Assembly (NCBI GenBank): GCA_963840855.1 | Contig: CAWJBB010000034.1 | Location: forward strand, 64,001 to 128,000 | DNA length: 64,000 bases | From: an uncultured delta proteobacterium | GTDB lineage: Bacteria; Desulfobacterota; Binatia; UBA9968 | Direction of reading: 5' to 3' | Shown here: one piece after another, positions 47,227 through 57,500 of the stretch | Layout: every line of letters begins with the position of its first letter | How positions within the stretch are numbered: position 1 is the first letter of the stretch | Program-made: the position numbers and the translations under genes | The notes under the pieces: generated by a model | What the model was told of the DNA's origin: nothing | Databases searched by the model: none | What the model saw: only the letters and a program-made list of their open reading frames with translations

Positions 47227-49485
47227 ATGGAGAACAAAATGAAAGCGAAGAAACTCGCGATTGACCCCATACGTTACGAGATGTACCTGCATCGTTTATG
47301 GGCCATCGGCGAAGAGGGACGTATGACGCTGCAGCGCGTCACCGCATCGCCCATCGTCTCTCAGGGCGGCGAGTGCATGAGCTCATTCTACGATGCCAAA
47401 GGCACCATGGTGCTCGCCTGCTCGGGCCACTTGCGCTTCGCCGCCGCGACCTCGGACGCCATCAAGAGCCTGTTTCAGCGATTTGCCAAGACCCCCGGCT
47501 TTTTTGACGGCGATCAGTATTTCTTCAACGATCCCTATGTCGCCGGCTCGCACACCTACGACATGATGATCATCAAGCCGATCTTCTACAAAGGCGAGCT
47601 GATCGCCTGGACGGCGACGAGCACGCACACGGCGGACACCGGCGGACTCTTGCGCGGCGGCGCCTACGAAATTTTTCACGAAGGCATCTGCGTGCCGGGA
47701 CTCAAAATCGTCGAAAAGAGCGAGTTTCGCGAGGATGTGTTTCAGACGCTCACCGGCATGTGCCGCGACCCGCAGTACGTCGGCCTGGATGTCAAAGCGA
47801 TGATCGCGGGCAACAACATTTGCGCCAAGCGCTACCTCGGCCTCGTCGATAAGTTCGGCCTCAAGTTCGTGCAGCTCGCCGGCGAAAAAATGATCGAGGA
47901 CTCCGAGGCCAAGGCGCGCGCCAAGCTCAAATCGATGCCCGACGGCACCTGGGTAACGCGCCAGTACATCACGACACTGGACCGCAAGACCCGCAAATCC
48001 GTGGCGCAACAGCTTTACTGCACGATGACCAAGAAGAGCGACGAGCTACATTTCGATTTCACCGGCACGAGCCCCCAGACCGACACGGACCATAACTCGA
48101 CGCTGCCGAGTACGATCGCCCACCTGGCTCTCGCCTTGACCAACGCGCTTTTTTGGGACGTGCCCTGGAGCGATGGCAAGATGCGGCCGGTGAAAATCCA
48201 CGTGCCTGAAGGGACGATATTGAACTGCAAGTATCCCGCCGCCTGCGGCGCCGGCCCGCGCATCGGCAACGTGCTGGTATCCACGGTGTGCGAAGCCGTG
48301 GCGAAAATGATCTATGCTTCGGGGCGCTACGACGACGTGAATTGCTCAACCACGGGAAATTTGGAATTCGTCGGCGGGCCCGGCTATTTTTACGGCGGCC
48401 ACACCCGCGAAGGCATCGCCGTTGCTCAGGGTCTCTACGATATCCACGGCGCGGGCATGGGCGCGGCGCCCAACCGCGACGGCGTCAACACCGGCGGCCA
48501 CATGAACATTCCCTCCGCCGGCATCAGTGACATCGAGCGCATCGAAATGCAGTACCCGTTCCTCTATTTCAACCGGGCGCACAATCCCGACGGCAGCGGC
48601 TTTGGCCAGCACCGGGGCGGACTGGGCAGCTATCGCATTTATTTGATTTACGGCTCGCAGGATTGCAGCGTCGACTACAAACCTTACGGCGGCGTTGCCC
48701 AGGGCGGCTTCGGTCTCTGCGGCGGTTATCCGACGGGCATCGGCGCGACCCGCGTCATGATCGAAGCGGGTTTAGCCATGCTCGACAGAGTCAGGGCCGG
48801 CGAGCATCCCACCGGCCGGGCCATGCGCGCGGGGGAATGGGGCAAGGCTTTTCTTCCCGCCGGTGTGCCGGAGCGAATCCCGCTCCCGGAAGGAAGCCTG
48901 CTGGTGGACTACGTGGCCGGCGGCGGCGGATTCGGCGATCCCATCGATCGCGACCCCCAAGCCGTGCTCAAAGATTTTGGCCGCGGCTGGGTGAGCCGCG
49001 AAAGCGCGGAGCGGATCTACGGGGTGATTTTAGACGACGGCGCAACCGCCGTGGACCTTGCCGCCACCGAGGCGCTGAGGAGCGCAATGCGCAATGCGCG
49101 CAAGAGCGGCGCAACGCCGGTATCGGGAAAAACGAGCGGCGTCTCCGCCCCGGCCCACGACGGCTGGCACCAACTCCTGCGCTTTCACGCCGCCCTGGAG
49201 ATCTGCTCCGATGGGCGGCGAAAAGTCATCCGTTGCGGCCGCTGCGGCCATTTTTATTGCGACGCCAGGGAAAATTATAAGCTGTATGCGCTCCATCGCG
49301 TGACGCATCTGAGCGAAGTGATGCCTCCTTTGCCCACCGGTGAACCGTACATCGGCGAGTATCATATCTACGCCTGTCCCGGCTGCGCCACGCAGCTGCA
49401 AGTGGATATGTTCAGCCCGACCCTGGGCGGCGAGGCCGTGCTTTGGGATACGCGCATCGACGCCGACAAGCTGAAAACCCACTGA
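47227..49485 (+). CDS. Hydantoinase B / acetone carboxylase alpha-like subunit fused to an AcxC-like Zn-ribbon domain
   Basis: NDPYVAGSHTYD, HTADTGG, IERIEMQYP, GSGFGQHRGGLG, GGGGFGDPIDRDP; C-terminal IRCGRCGH...YACPGCATQLQVD. Confidence 0.88.
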   Translation: MENKMKAKKLAIDPIRYEMYLHRLWAIGEEGRMTLQRVTASPIVSQGGECMSSFYDAKGTMVLACSGHLRFAAATSDAIKSLFQRFAKTPGFFDGDQYFFNDPYVAGSHTYDMMIIKPIFYKGELIAWTATSTHTADTGGLLRGGAYEIFHEGICVPGLKIVEKSEFREDVFQTLTGMCRDPQYVGLDVKAMIAGNNICAKRYLGLVDKFGLKFVQLAGEKMIEDSEAKARAKLKSMPDGTWVTRQYITTLDRKTRKSVAQQLYCTMTKKSDELHFDFTGTSPQTDTDHNSTLPSTIAHLALALTNALFWDVPWSDGKMRPVKIHVPEGTILNCKYPAACGAGPRIGNVLVSTVCEAVAKMIYASGRYDDVNCSTTGNLEFVGGPGYFYGGHTREGIAVAQGLYDIHGAGMGAAPNRDGVNTGGHMNIPSAGISDIERIEMQYPFLYFNRAHNPDGSGFGQHRGGLGSYRIYLIYGSQDCSVDYKPYGGVAQGGFGLCGGYPTGIGATRVMIEAGLAMLDRVRAGEHPTGRAMRAGEWGKAFLPAGVPERIPLPEGSLLVDYVAGGGGFGDPIDRDPQAVLKDFGRGWVSRESAERIYGVILDDGATAVDLAATEALRSAMRNARKSGATPVSGKTSGVSAPAHDGWHQLLRFHAALEICSDGRRKVIRCGRCGHFYCDARENYKLYALHRVTHLSEVMPPLPTGEPYIGEYHIYACPGCATQLQVDMFSPTLGGEAVLWDTRIDADKLKTH

Positions 49486-49523
49486 TCACCAACTAGTAAA
49501 CTGTAACAGCTACATAGCGTTTG

Positions 49524-49596
49524 CCGTTCATGGTTCGAGAGCCTCACCACGAACGGCTTGTGCCTTGACCGTTCACCCTGAGCTTGTCGAAGGGTT
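49524..49596. repeat. REP-like element (CCGTTCATGGTTCGAGAGCCTCACCACGAACGG...CCGTTCACCCTGAGCTTGTCGAAGG)
   Basis: Family copy of 17738-17827. Confidence 0.75.
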
Positions 49597-49687
49597 CTTC
49601 GAACTTCGACGCGGAACCGTTACAGTTCACTGGTTTTTGAGAAATGGAGCCGCGGATACTTTCGAGTCGGAGCTTGGCGAAATAGAC

Positions 49688-49768
49688 CAGGGTCTGGAGT
49701 CTACAGTCTCGCGGATCTCGTGTTCTCGGACTGTTAACCCGAGACTCTAGACCCAAGACCCTAGACAA
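49688..49768. repeat. Heptamer palindromic repeat (GGGTCT/GAGTCT...AGACTCT/AGACCC)
   Basis: Same family at about 38195-38245 and 47098-47166. Confidence 0.7.
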
Positions 49769-49776
49769 CCGCAATC

Positions 49777-50760
49777 TTACGAGCCCAGTTTCCTAAAGAA
49801 CCCTTCCTTCTCCAACTCGTCCAACAACGAGTGATCGACGAACTCTTCCGGTTTGCGGTTCTTGAAATCGGCGTTTTGCTCGGCATAGAAATTCAGCGTG
49901 TCGCGCACGCCGCTTAAATTCACCCGCGGCGGCAGCGAAAATCGCGGCGCGAAGTATTCATAGGTGGATTTCACCGTTTCCGGATCATCGACCCGCATCC
50001 GATGAGCGAACACTTTCATGGTTCGTTCGCGGTCGGTTTTAATCACGTGAATGGATTCGCCGTAGGCGCGCAGAAATCGCTTCACCCGGTCGCGGTGTTC
50101 CTTGAGCGCGCTGCCTTTTACATATAACGAGGATTGCGTGAAATTCGCGCTCATCTCGCCCATGTCCGCCAGCACCCGGTAGCCCGCCTTCATCGCCATG
50201 GTCAGATGTGGCGGCGAAAGAATCGTCGCATCCATGCGTCCCGTCATGAGCGCGCCCAATCGAGTCGGCGCGTCGCCGCCGATAACCACTTGGACATCGG
50301 TTAACCTCATGCCCCACTCTTTCAAGGCCAATTGCAGCGCGAGATCGTTGGAGCCGCCGTAATTGAGGATATTGACGCGTTTGCCGCGCAGATCGTTGGG
50401 GTTGCGGATCTCGGGTTTCACGACGAAAGCATAAGGGAACTTGTTGTATGAAGCGGCAATGACCTTCACGTCCGATCCCCTGACAGCGGCGGCCAACGGA
50501 CCGGTCGCGGAACCGGTGGAGAAATGCGTGCTGTTTCCCAACAGCGCCGCGACGGATCGGGCAGCTCCCGTGATCATGATGATTTCCACGTCCAACCCAT
50601 GCTTTTCAAATATCTTCAAATCCTTTCCCACCCATGTGGTACTCTGAAACCCCGCATGGCCGCCGTAGTCGGCGATGAGCTTTTCCGCCGCGTAAAGCGG
50701 CCCGCCCAAAAAAACCAGGATTGAAAATAATGCCAGGTTTCCGATCTCGCGTCGCTTCAT
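49777..50760 (-). CDS. ABC substrate-binding protein, NMT1/SsuA-like (tandem copy 1)
   Basis: GGAG RBS; IFEKHGLDVE, DLRGKRV, PEEFVDHSLLDELEKEGFF. Confidence 0.88.
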   Translation of the reverse strand: MKRREIGNLALFSILVFLGGPLYAAEKLIADYGGHAGFQSTTWVGKDLKIFEKHGLDVEIIMITGAARSVAALLGNSTHFSTGSATGPLAAAVRGSDVKVIAASYNKFPYAFVVKPEIRNPNDLRGKRVNILNYGGSNDLALQLALKEWGMRLTDVQVVIGGDAPTRLGALMTGRMDATILSPPHLTMAMKAGYRVLADMGEMSANFTQSSLYVKGSALKEHRDRVKRFLRAYGESIHVIKTDRERTMKVFAHRMRVDDPETVKSTYEYFAPRFSLPPRVNLSGVRDTLNFYAEQNADFKNRKPEEFVDHSLLDELEKEGFFRKLGS

Positions 50761-50915
50761 TACTCCTCCCTCTGACGCGCGATCTTATGGGTTTGCAATT
50801 TTTGGGTCAAGGCAGTTACTGAGCCAAGCCGAAGAAGACGCAATCGAAAAATTACATTCTCTATGTCCGATCCCCAATCTAAAATCCAAAATCGAAAATT
50901 CAAAATAACAGACTA

Positions 50916-51893
50916 CTAGCGCATCGCCTCATCTACCAAACTGTTGTCGAACGATTGCCTTACGTCGGCCCCCTTGGCCTTGGGATGTTCGACGAACTTC
51001 AGCGCATTTGCCATCGCCTTCTCGATGACCCTGAGCGATGGAGGAAAAGCGTCCTTGTAGTATTCGAAACTGCCTTGCAAGGATGCGTCGTCGTCGACTC
51101 GGGTAAATTTTTTAAGCGCTTTCTTGGTCACCGTCGCGTTCTCTCTGGAAAGCACCAATCCTTCGTGGAGCGCGCGTAAAAAATCCACCGCGACCCTGCG
51201 GTTCTTGGCATCCTTGAGCCATGACTCCCGCGCCGCGATGACAGCGGTGGGAAAGAGGCCATATTCGGTCTGAGAAGGTCGGAAGAGCAAGTTAAAGCCC
51301 GCGTTTTTGGCATGGAGGCCAAAAGGATAACCGATCATGCAGACGTCCACCCGGCCGCCGACTAGAGCTGCGTAGGACTCGCCGACGCCGCCGTTTTGGA
51401 TAAAGGTAACCTCGCCGGGTTTGACCCCACCCGCCTCCAACATGGAAAGCGCCGAGAAATAACTCGACGCGCCAAAACGGGTCACGCCGACCCTCTTGCC
51501 CCTGAGATCGCCGATAGACTTGATTTCAGGCTTGGCCCATCCGTCGATAGTTAAAACCGGCAACGGCGACGCGATCGCCACCAGATCACTCCCACTGAGC
51601 CGACTCGAGATGATCGCTCCCCCGCCCGTGTAGCCGATGGGGAATTCGCCGGCGAGGATCGCCGCATTGATCAGCGGCGAGCCCCCCATGAAAATGCCAG
51701 CCACGTCGTAGCCGTATTTTTGAAAAATCTTTTCTTCCACGGCTATAAAGAATGGCAGCGCTGCGCCGGAAATCGGCGTGTAGCCGACCGTCAGCTTTTG
51801 TAATTCTTTCTGCGCCGCCTCCACGCCGACGCCTGCAAAGGATGAGACCATCAGCATAATCGCAATCCACCTGCCTGAAGTTTTCATGTTCAT
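50916..51893 (-). CDS. ABC substrate-binding protein, NMT1/SsuA-like (tandem copy 2)
   Basis: IFQKYGYDV, IKSIGDLRGKRVGVTRFG, FDNSLVDE. Confidence 0.88.
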   Translation of the reverse strand: MNMKTSGRWIAIMLMVSSFAGVGVEAAQKELQKLTVGYTPISGAALPFFIAVEEKIFQKYGYDVAGIFMGGSPLINAAILAGEFPIGYTGGGAIISSRLSGSDLVAIASPLPVLTIDGWAKPEIKSIGDLRGKRVGVTRFGASSYFSALSMLEAGGVKPGEVTFIQNGGVGESYAALVGGRVDVCMIGYPFGLHAKNAGFNLLFRPSQTEYGLFPTAVIAARESWLKDAKNRRVAVDFLRALHEGLVLSRENATVTKKALKKFTRVDDDASLQGSFEYYKDAFPPSLRVIEKAMANALKFVEHPKAKGADVRQSFDNSLVDEAMR

Positions 51894-52284
51894 GGCATGA
51901 CTCCTGCCCGCGATTTTAAGAATCTTACATTCCGAAGTCTGAGAACTCGTCTCTCAGAAACTATGCTCTTAACTGAAACTACAAATCTTGTTATCGCACC
52001 AAGTCTGTCCTGAGCCCTTCGGCTTCGCTCAGGATAAACTCCGTCGAGGGGACGCCACGCTCGCAAAGAAAGACGTTGTCATTTCGACTAACGGGAGAAA
52101 TCTTTCCTGGCTCCCTCGCATTCGCTCAAGATGACGGGCTTCTGCCCCTGACCTTTGCGCCTTTGCGTCTTTGCGCGAGTCATCTTTTCGGGTTCCGTAA
52201 GGCAAATACACGAAAATTCCAAATATGTCTGACTAGATTTTGGATTTTCGATTGTCGGATCGCAAATCAAAGCCGCAATTGCGT

Positions 52285-53354
52285 TTAGTTTTTCCAGAGC
52301 TGCTTGAAAAAACCGCTTTGTTCGATTTCTTGAAGCAGTGAAAGATCGACGAAACTCTCCGGCGCCGCCTTCCTTGCCTGGGGCTGCTTTTCAGCCATGC
52401 CATCCAAGATAAACTGTATGCCCTTGAGCGTCGGGTACGGGATTTTTTGCAGTCTTTCCGAGTAAAAAGCATAGGCGTCGTCCAATAGCTCTTTTTCATC
52501 CACTCTCAAATACTTTTTCATCACCTAATGGAGAAGTCCCGGTCCGTCACAAAACGGTGCAGACCTTCCGCGTAGGCTTGGACAAAAGACTTTACAATAG
52601 GCCGCCGCTCGCGCAAGTATTTAGTAGTAACCGTAAGACAAGTCTGCTGCAGCTCCACGCCGAGCGTGTTCAGATCAAAAAGCTCTCTCATGCCGAGCCG
52701 TCTGGCCCGACTCGTTTGGGGAGGATTGGCAAACCCTGCCTGGACGGCCCCTCTTTCCAACGCTGTGATAATCTCCGGCAGGCCGCCCAACTGAATGATG
52801 GCGACGTCCGTGCCGCGCTTGAGACCGAAGCGCTCAAGAAAAATCGCCACGGCGGTTTCGCTCAACGCGCCGAATCGTGATATCCCTAGTTTTTTTCCTT
52901 TGAGATCTTCCGGCGTCTTAATTTCCGGCCGGGCGTAAATCGAGCCAGCAAGCTTATCCTGCACGCTGGCTATGATTCTCACGTCTGCCCCCGCTAAAAT
53001 AGCCCCGGCAGTAGAAACCCCGGTAACTTGAGCCAGCTGAATTTCACCCGCGATCAGCGCCTGGGTGGCTGCGACTGCAGGAATATAAATGAGCTCCGCC
53101 TCTATACCGTATTTTGAGAGGTAACCGCCCTCCTTTGCCATCCAAGGAGCCGCCTGACCTGCCGTCAGAGCTGCGTAGCCTAACTTGATGGGTTGAGCAA
53201 AAGCCCTTGCGCCCAAACCGATCAAGCCCAATGCCAGCGCCACGATGAAAGATTTACGGACAAATAGCCGGCTTTGTCTCCAATCAGAAATTCGATCTTC
53301 GAGCAACGTTTGCGGGTGATCATAAAAGTTCATTTCAAGATCCTCCTCTGTCAC
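52285..53354 (-). CDS. ABC substrate-binding protein, NMT1/SsuA-like (tandem copy 3; frameshift near 52524, start uncertain)
   Basis: DLKGKKLGISRFG; adding one G to a G-run joins FSIR-VMKKYL...PESFVDLSLLQEIEQSGFF. Confidence 0.82.
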
Positions 53355-53377
53355 ATTGCTTCACATTTGTCTGAGCT

Positions 53378-54346
53378 TCACCGCCATTGAATCCCCATTT
53401 CTTGCTGCGCTTCTCTGAGAATCGAGAGATCCGCAACTTCGCTAAGGGAAACTTCACGGTCCACCTTGGCAGTCCGCTTAGCCTCGCTAATCAATAGTCG
53501 AAGCCCATCTTCGGGTAGACCTAAATCATCGCTAAAGGACTTTAAGGAGCTATCATACGTTGCCGTGGCCATCTCTTTATCGATCTTCAGCCACTCCACC
53601 ATGACCGGAAGCGTGCCGTCACGATTTTCACGGATATAGCGGTTGGCCTTGATGCCTGCCTTGATGACTCGCTTAACTTCATCCGGCCTTTCTTTAATCT
53701 TCCTCGCACTTGCGATCAGGCCGCTAACGGGGAAACTGAACAGTTCGTGGGCTCGCGCGAGAACAACGAACCCTAACTTCTTGCCAAGAAAGTCGGTCGG
53801 CGGCGAGCCCAAAGTGGCTACAGTCAATCCTTGCGTCATGGCGCCAAATCGGGAGTCGATAGGCCCAGTAGCAAGAAACTTGACCTCCTTGTCCGGATCA
53901 AGACCGAAATGCTTGAATATCAACCTGGCCATCGCCTCAAGAGCGCCGCCGTAGGCGTTGACGCCAATGGTTTTACCCTTTATTTCCGGCACGGACTTTA
54001 TTTCTGGCCGTGCGATTAGCGCGGTGGGAGCAACCGGCACGTAAGCGGCCACGAGTTTGACCGGCACTCCCCGAATCGCACCGGCAACCCCAGGGCCAAG
54101 CACAGTATAATAATCGATTTCGCCGCCAACCAACGCCTGCAATGCAATGGCCGGATTAATCCTGATAAACTCCGCCTGAATTCCTTGTTCCTGAAAAAAG
54201 CCTTTCTTCTCTCCGACGGCAAGAGGGACGAATGGCGCGGCGAGGTCTGGAAACCCAATCCTAATTTTGTCTGCCGCATGAGTCGCGGCAGACAGAAAAA
54301 GAATAGCGAGCAAAGCCGAAACGTAACCCTTGTTGATCAGCTTCAT
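53378..54346 (-). CDS. ABC substrate-binding protein, NMT1/SsuA-like (tandem copy 4)
   Basis: KKGFFQEQGI, GLDPDKEV, PEDGLRLLI...VADLSILRE; clearly paralogous to 17889..18875. Confidence 0.88.
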   Translation of the reverse strand: MKLINKGYVSALLAILFLSAATHAADKIRIGFPDLAAPFVPLAVGEKKGFFQEQGIQAEFIRINPAIALQALVGGEIDYYTVLGPGVAGAIRGVPVKLVAAYVPVAPTALIARPEIKSVPEIKGKTIGVNAYGGALEAMARLIFKHFGLDPDKEVKFLATGPIDSRFGAMTQGLTVATLGSPPTDFLGKKLGFVVLARAHELFSFPVSGLIASARKIKERPDEVKRVIKAGIKANRYIRENRDGTLPVMVEWLKIDKEMATATYDSSLKSFSDDLGLPEDGLRLLISEAKRTAKVDREVSLSEVADLSILREAQQEMGIQWR

Positions 54347-54384
54347 AGACGCTTCCGACTTTCTGCGTTCGTCTGTCGGGTCTC

Positions 54385-54421
54385 AAAAAAGAAAGCCCGG
54401 CTGGGCGATCCAGTCCGGGCT
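54385..54421 (-). terminator. Probable rho-independent terminator
   Basis: AGCCCGG-CTGG...CCAG-T-CCGGGCT stem followed by a T-rich run on the minus strand. Confidence 0.5.
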
Positions 54422-54754
54422 CATGTAGCGCAATTCACGGGTCCGACCAGATCTAGAGACCCAGTCTCAACGCAAGCGGCTAAGTGGAGGCGTCTTAGTA
54501 TAGATGACGCACAGCTGTCAATAGCTTTTTGAGGGGCAAATGAGAATTTACCTGGGCGACGTTATCAACCAATTCTGCGAGCCGCTCTTTGCTGTTCTGG
54601 ACAATCGGCTCGCCATTTTCGTCTGCGGGGCCGCTTTTCGATTGCCGTACGCGTGTGGGAGCCGACCTGCGTGTCGGCCCTTCGAATGGGCGGACACCCT
54701 GCGACGTTGCTCAGGGCAGGCGCCGGTCCGCCCCTACCATTGCAATTGCCTTGT

Positions 54755-55749
54755 TCACCGAATGATTTTGGTCGCCCGGGCGAGCATCTCCGGCGGGATC
54801 GTCAAGCCAATCTGCTTTGCCGTCTTGAGATTGATCACGAAGTCAAACTTAGTCGGCTGCTCGACCGGCAGCTCAGCAGGCTTAGCTCCTTTAAGAATTC
54901 TGTCTACGTAATATGCGACGCGCCGGTAGCTGTCCGCGAAGTCCGCGCCGTAGGACATGAGGCCACCAGCCTCTACATTTTCTCTGCTGGATACACCGAC
55001 GGTAGCCGGCTCTTTAACGCAAAGCCCGCGATCCGTTTTTGGTTAGGACGCATTACCCCGCCCGCGCCGAGCGAGTAGAGTCCATCCGGGCGCTGCTTGT
55101 TTAGCGCAGCAAAGACCTTATCGAAGTCGTCCACCGCTCGTATCTCCCAAGGTTGAATAGTCAACTTTAGCGCACGCGCGTCGGCTGGGAGAAGCTCTTT
55201 CACCTCGTGTAAACTGGTCCGACTGGCCGGATCGTAGAGAACCGCGACACGGGCAAGTTTGGGAACGGCTTCTTTGAGCAGCTCCAGCCGCTTCCCGCCT
55301 AGTTCTCTGCTAAGGTTTGTAACGCCGGTTACATTGCCGCCGGGACGAGCAAGGCTTTCAACATGGCCTGCCCTAACAGGATCGGATCCTTGGCCCGTCA
55401 TAACGATGGGAATCGTCTTGGTTGCATTCTTGGCCGCCTGGATCGTCGGGTCCCCTGCCGCTGCCACGATGATATCAACCTTCAGACGCACCAGCTCGGC
55501 CGCAAGCCCAGACTCCCGATCGGGCCTCCCCTCCGCATATCGGTACTCGATGGCGATGTTCTGTCCTTCTATGTAGCCAAGCTCGCGCAGAGCTAGCCGA
55601 ATTCCCTCGGCGCGGGCGGAGTCACTAGCTGGATCGACCGGCGATAGATACCCTAACCGGGGGACTTTCTTCGGCTGCTGCGCCTCGGCGGGCAAGCAAA
55701 GCGCAAAGAGCATGGCGCAAAACGCAAGACGGATAACGTTCTTTCTCAT
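54755..55749 (-). CDS. ABC_sub_bind (COG2984) substrate-binding protein, array copy 1 (frameshift near 54985)
   Basis: [58 protein letters not shown]. Confidence 0.85.
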
Positions 55750-55854
55750 AAGTTTGCTCCCAGCTACCCGTTTACAGGCCACCTACAGACGCCTTGTCTG
55801 GCAACAACAAAGGACCTATAGTGAATAGCGGCCAAAAACCAAAGGGAAAACATT

Positions 55855-56097
55855 ATGGATAAGGACGATCTCTGGATTGTCGAACACTTCAGCGAGCTGG
55901 TTACCAAATATGCTGGCAAATTCGTAGCAGTCGTGAATGAGACGCTAGTGGCTGTTGGGGACACGCGTCGAGACGTGGAAACTAAAGCACGCGAGGTCGA
56001 ACCCAATAAAATCCCGTCCGTGCTCAGGGTGCCAAGAGAAGAGGATATGGTGTGCCTGTTATCGAGTTCCCATACACGCTCCACAAAGGCTACCTGA
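55855..56097 (+). CDS. DUF5678-like small protein
   Basis: WIVEHFSELVTKYAGKFVAVVNETLVAVG pattern; overlaps the aspartyl protease gene. Confidence 0.7.
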   Translation: MDKDDLWIVEHFSELVTKYAGKFVAVVNETLVAVGDTRRDVETKAREVEPNKIPSVLRVPREEDMVCLLSSSHTRSTKAT

Positions 56098-56450
56098 TGC
56101 CAATTATCCCGATCGCGATCCAGGATCATAAAGTATGGGTTTACGTCGATTCGGGAGCAACGTTCAGCATGGTCGGCGCGGCAGAAGCCGAAGATATGGG
56201 GATCAACTGGCAAGGCGGCAAACGTCAGATGGTTGTCGTTGGCGACGGGAGCTACATTCCGACTTTCATTCACGACGTTTCTATCCAGCTCGGGAAATTT
56301 CAAATAACCGTTCCTATTGGTTTTTCGGAGCGCCTAGGAGTTGGTTTCAACCTTCTCGGCCGCATGGGAGTGTTCAACCAATTTGAGGTTTGCTTCAACG
56401 ATCGGGCCCGCAAGGTGACCTTTCAACCACTTTTGCCTGACGCGGTCTGA
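56052..56450 (+). CDS. Retropepsin-like (clan AA) aspartyl protease
   Basis: VYVDSGATFS catalytic DSG and NLLGR motif; 132 aa. Confidence 0.85.
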   Translation: MPVIEFPYTLHKGYLMPIIPIAIQDHKVWVYVDSGATFSMVGAAEAEDMGINWQGGKRQMVVVGDGSYIPTFIHDVSIQLGKFQITVPIGFSERLGVGFNLLGRMGVFNQFEVCFNDRARKVTFQPLLPDAV

Positions 56451-56485
56451 ATTCGTCAATTTATAGTTCATAATCGCTTCCCGCC

Positions 56486-57471
56486 TCACCGAATCACCCG
56501 GTCCGCCCGCGCGAGCAGGTCGGGCGGAATCGTCAGTCCAATCTGCTTCGCTGCCTTCAAGTTGATCACAAACTCAAACTTCGTTGCCTGCTGCACCGGC
56601 AAATCAGCCGGCTTGGCACCTTTCAAGATCTTGTCCACGTAAACAGCCGCGCGCCGGATAGAGGTCATCGAAGTCCGCGCCGTAGGACATGAGACCGCCC
56701 TCATCGACAAACTCCTTCTGGTAGTAAATAGCCGGCAACCGGTACTTGACGGCAAGCTCGACGATCCGCTTTCTTTCGGCGAAAAAGGTGGTAGCGGCGG
56801 TCGTCATAATTGCGCCCACCTGCTTCTGCTTGGCGGTCTGAAAGGCGCTCTCTAAACCTTTGGCGTCGCGTTGAGTCTCGATCTCCTCCAATTTTAGCTT
56901 CAGTGCCAAAGCCGCGGGCCTCAGGTCTTTGAGTTGGACGGTCTGATGCCTCCCGCCGGCCGCAGAAGTCCAACGCGGGCGAGCTTGGGGACCGCGTCCT
57001 TAAGTACTTCTAGCCTTTTTGTATTTAGCTCGGGGGCCTAAACTCGGAGTTCCCCGTGACATTGCCTCCCGGCCGCGCCAGACTGGCAATCAGACCGGCA
57101 GCCACGGGGTCTCCTGAGATCGCCATAACGATGGGGACGGTAGTAGTGGCTCTCTTGGCGACCAACGCCGATACGTTCCCTGCGACCACGATTAGATCAA
57201 CCTTAAGACGGACCAGGTCCGCCGCAAGCTCAGGCAGGCGCTCAGGCTTTTGCTCGGCAAACCGGTACTCGATGGTGATATTCTTTCCCTCGATCCAGCC
57301 AAGCTTGCTCAGCTCTTGCCGGAATGCCTCCACGAGGACCGCCATGCCGGAAGCGGTACTTGAATCCAGGAAACCGATGCGGAAGATTTTCCGTGTCTGC
57401 TGCGCGTTGGCGGGAAAACTATGCGCCAAGAGCAGAGCGGCTAGAGCAAACCCAAGAACTCTTTTAGTCAT
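56486..57471 (-). CDS. ABC_sub_bind substrate-binding protein, array copy 2 (several frameshifts)
   Basis: Fragments 57025..57504, 56604..56909 and 56486..56755 join into a close paralog of 59499..60476. Confidence 0.8.
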
Positions 57472-57500
57472 ATTCCGTCTCACGCCACACGACTCACGCC

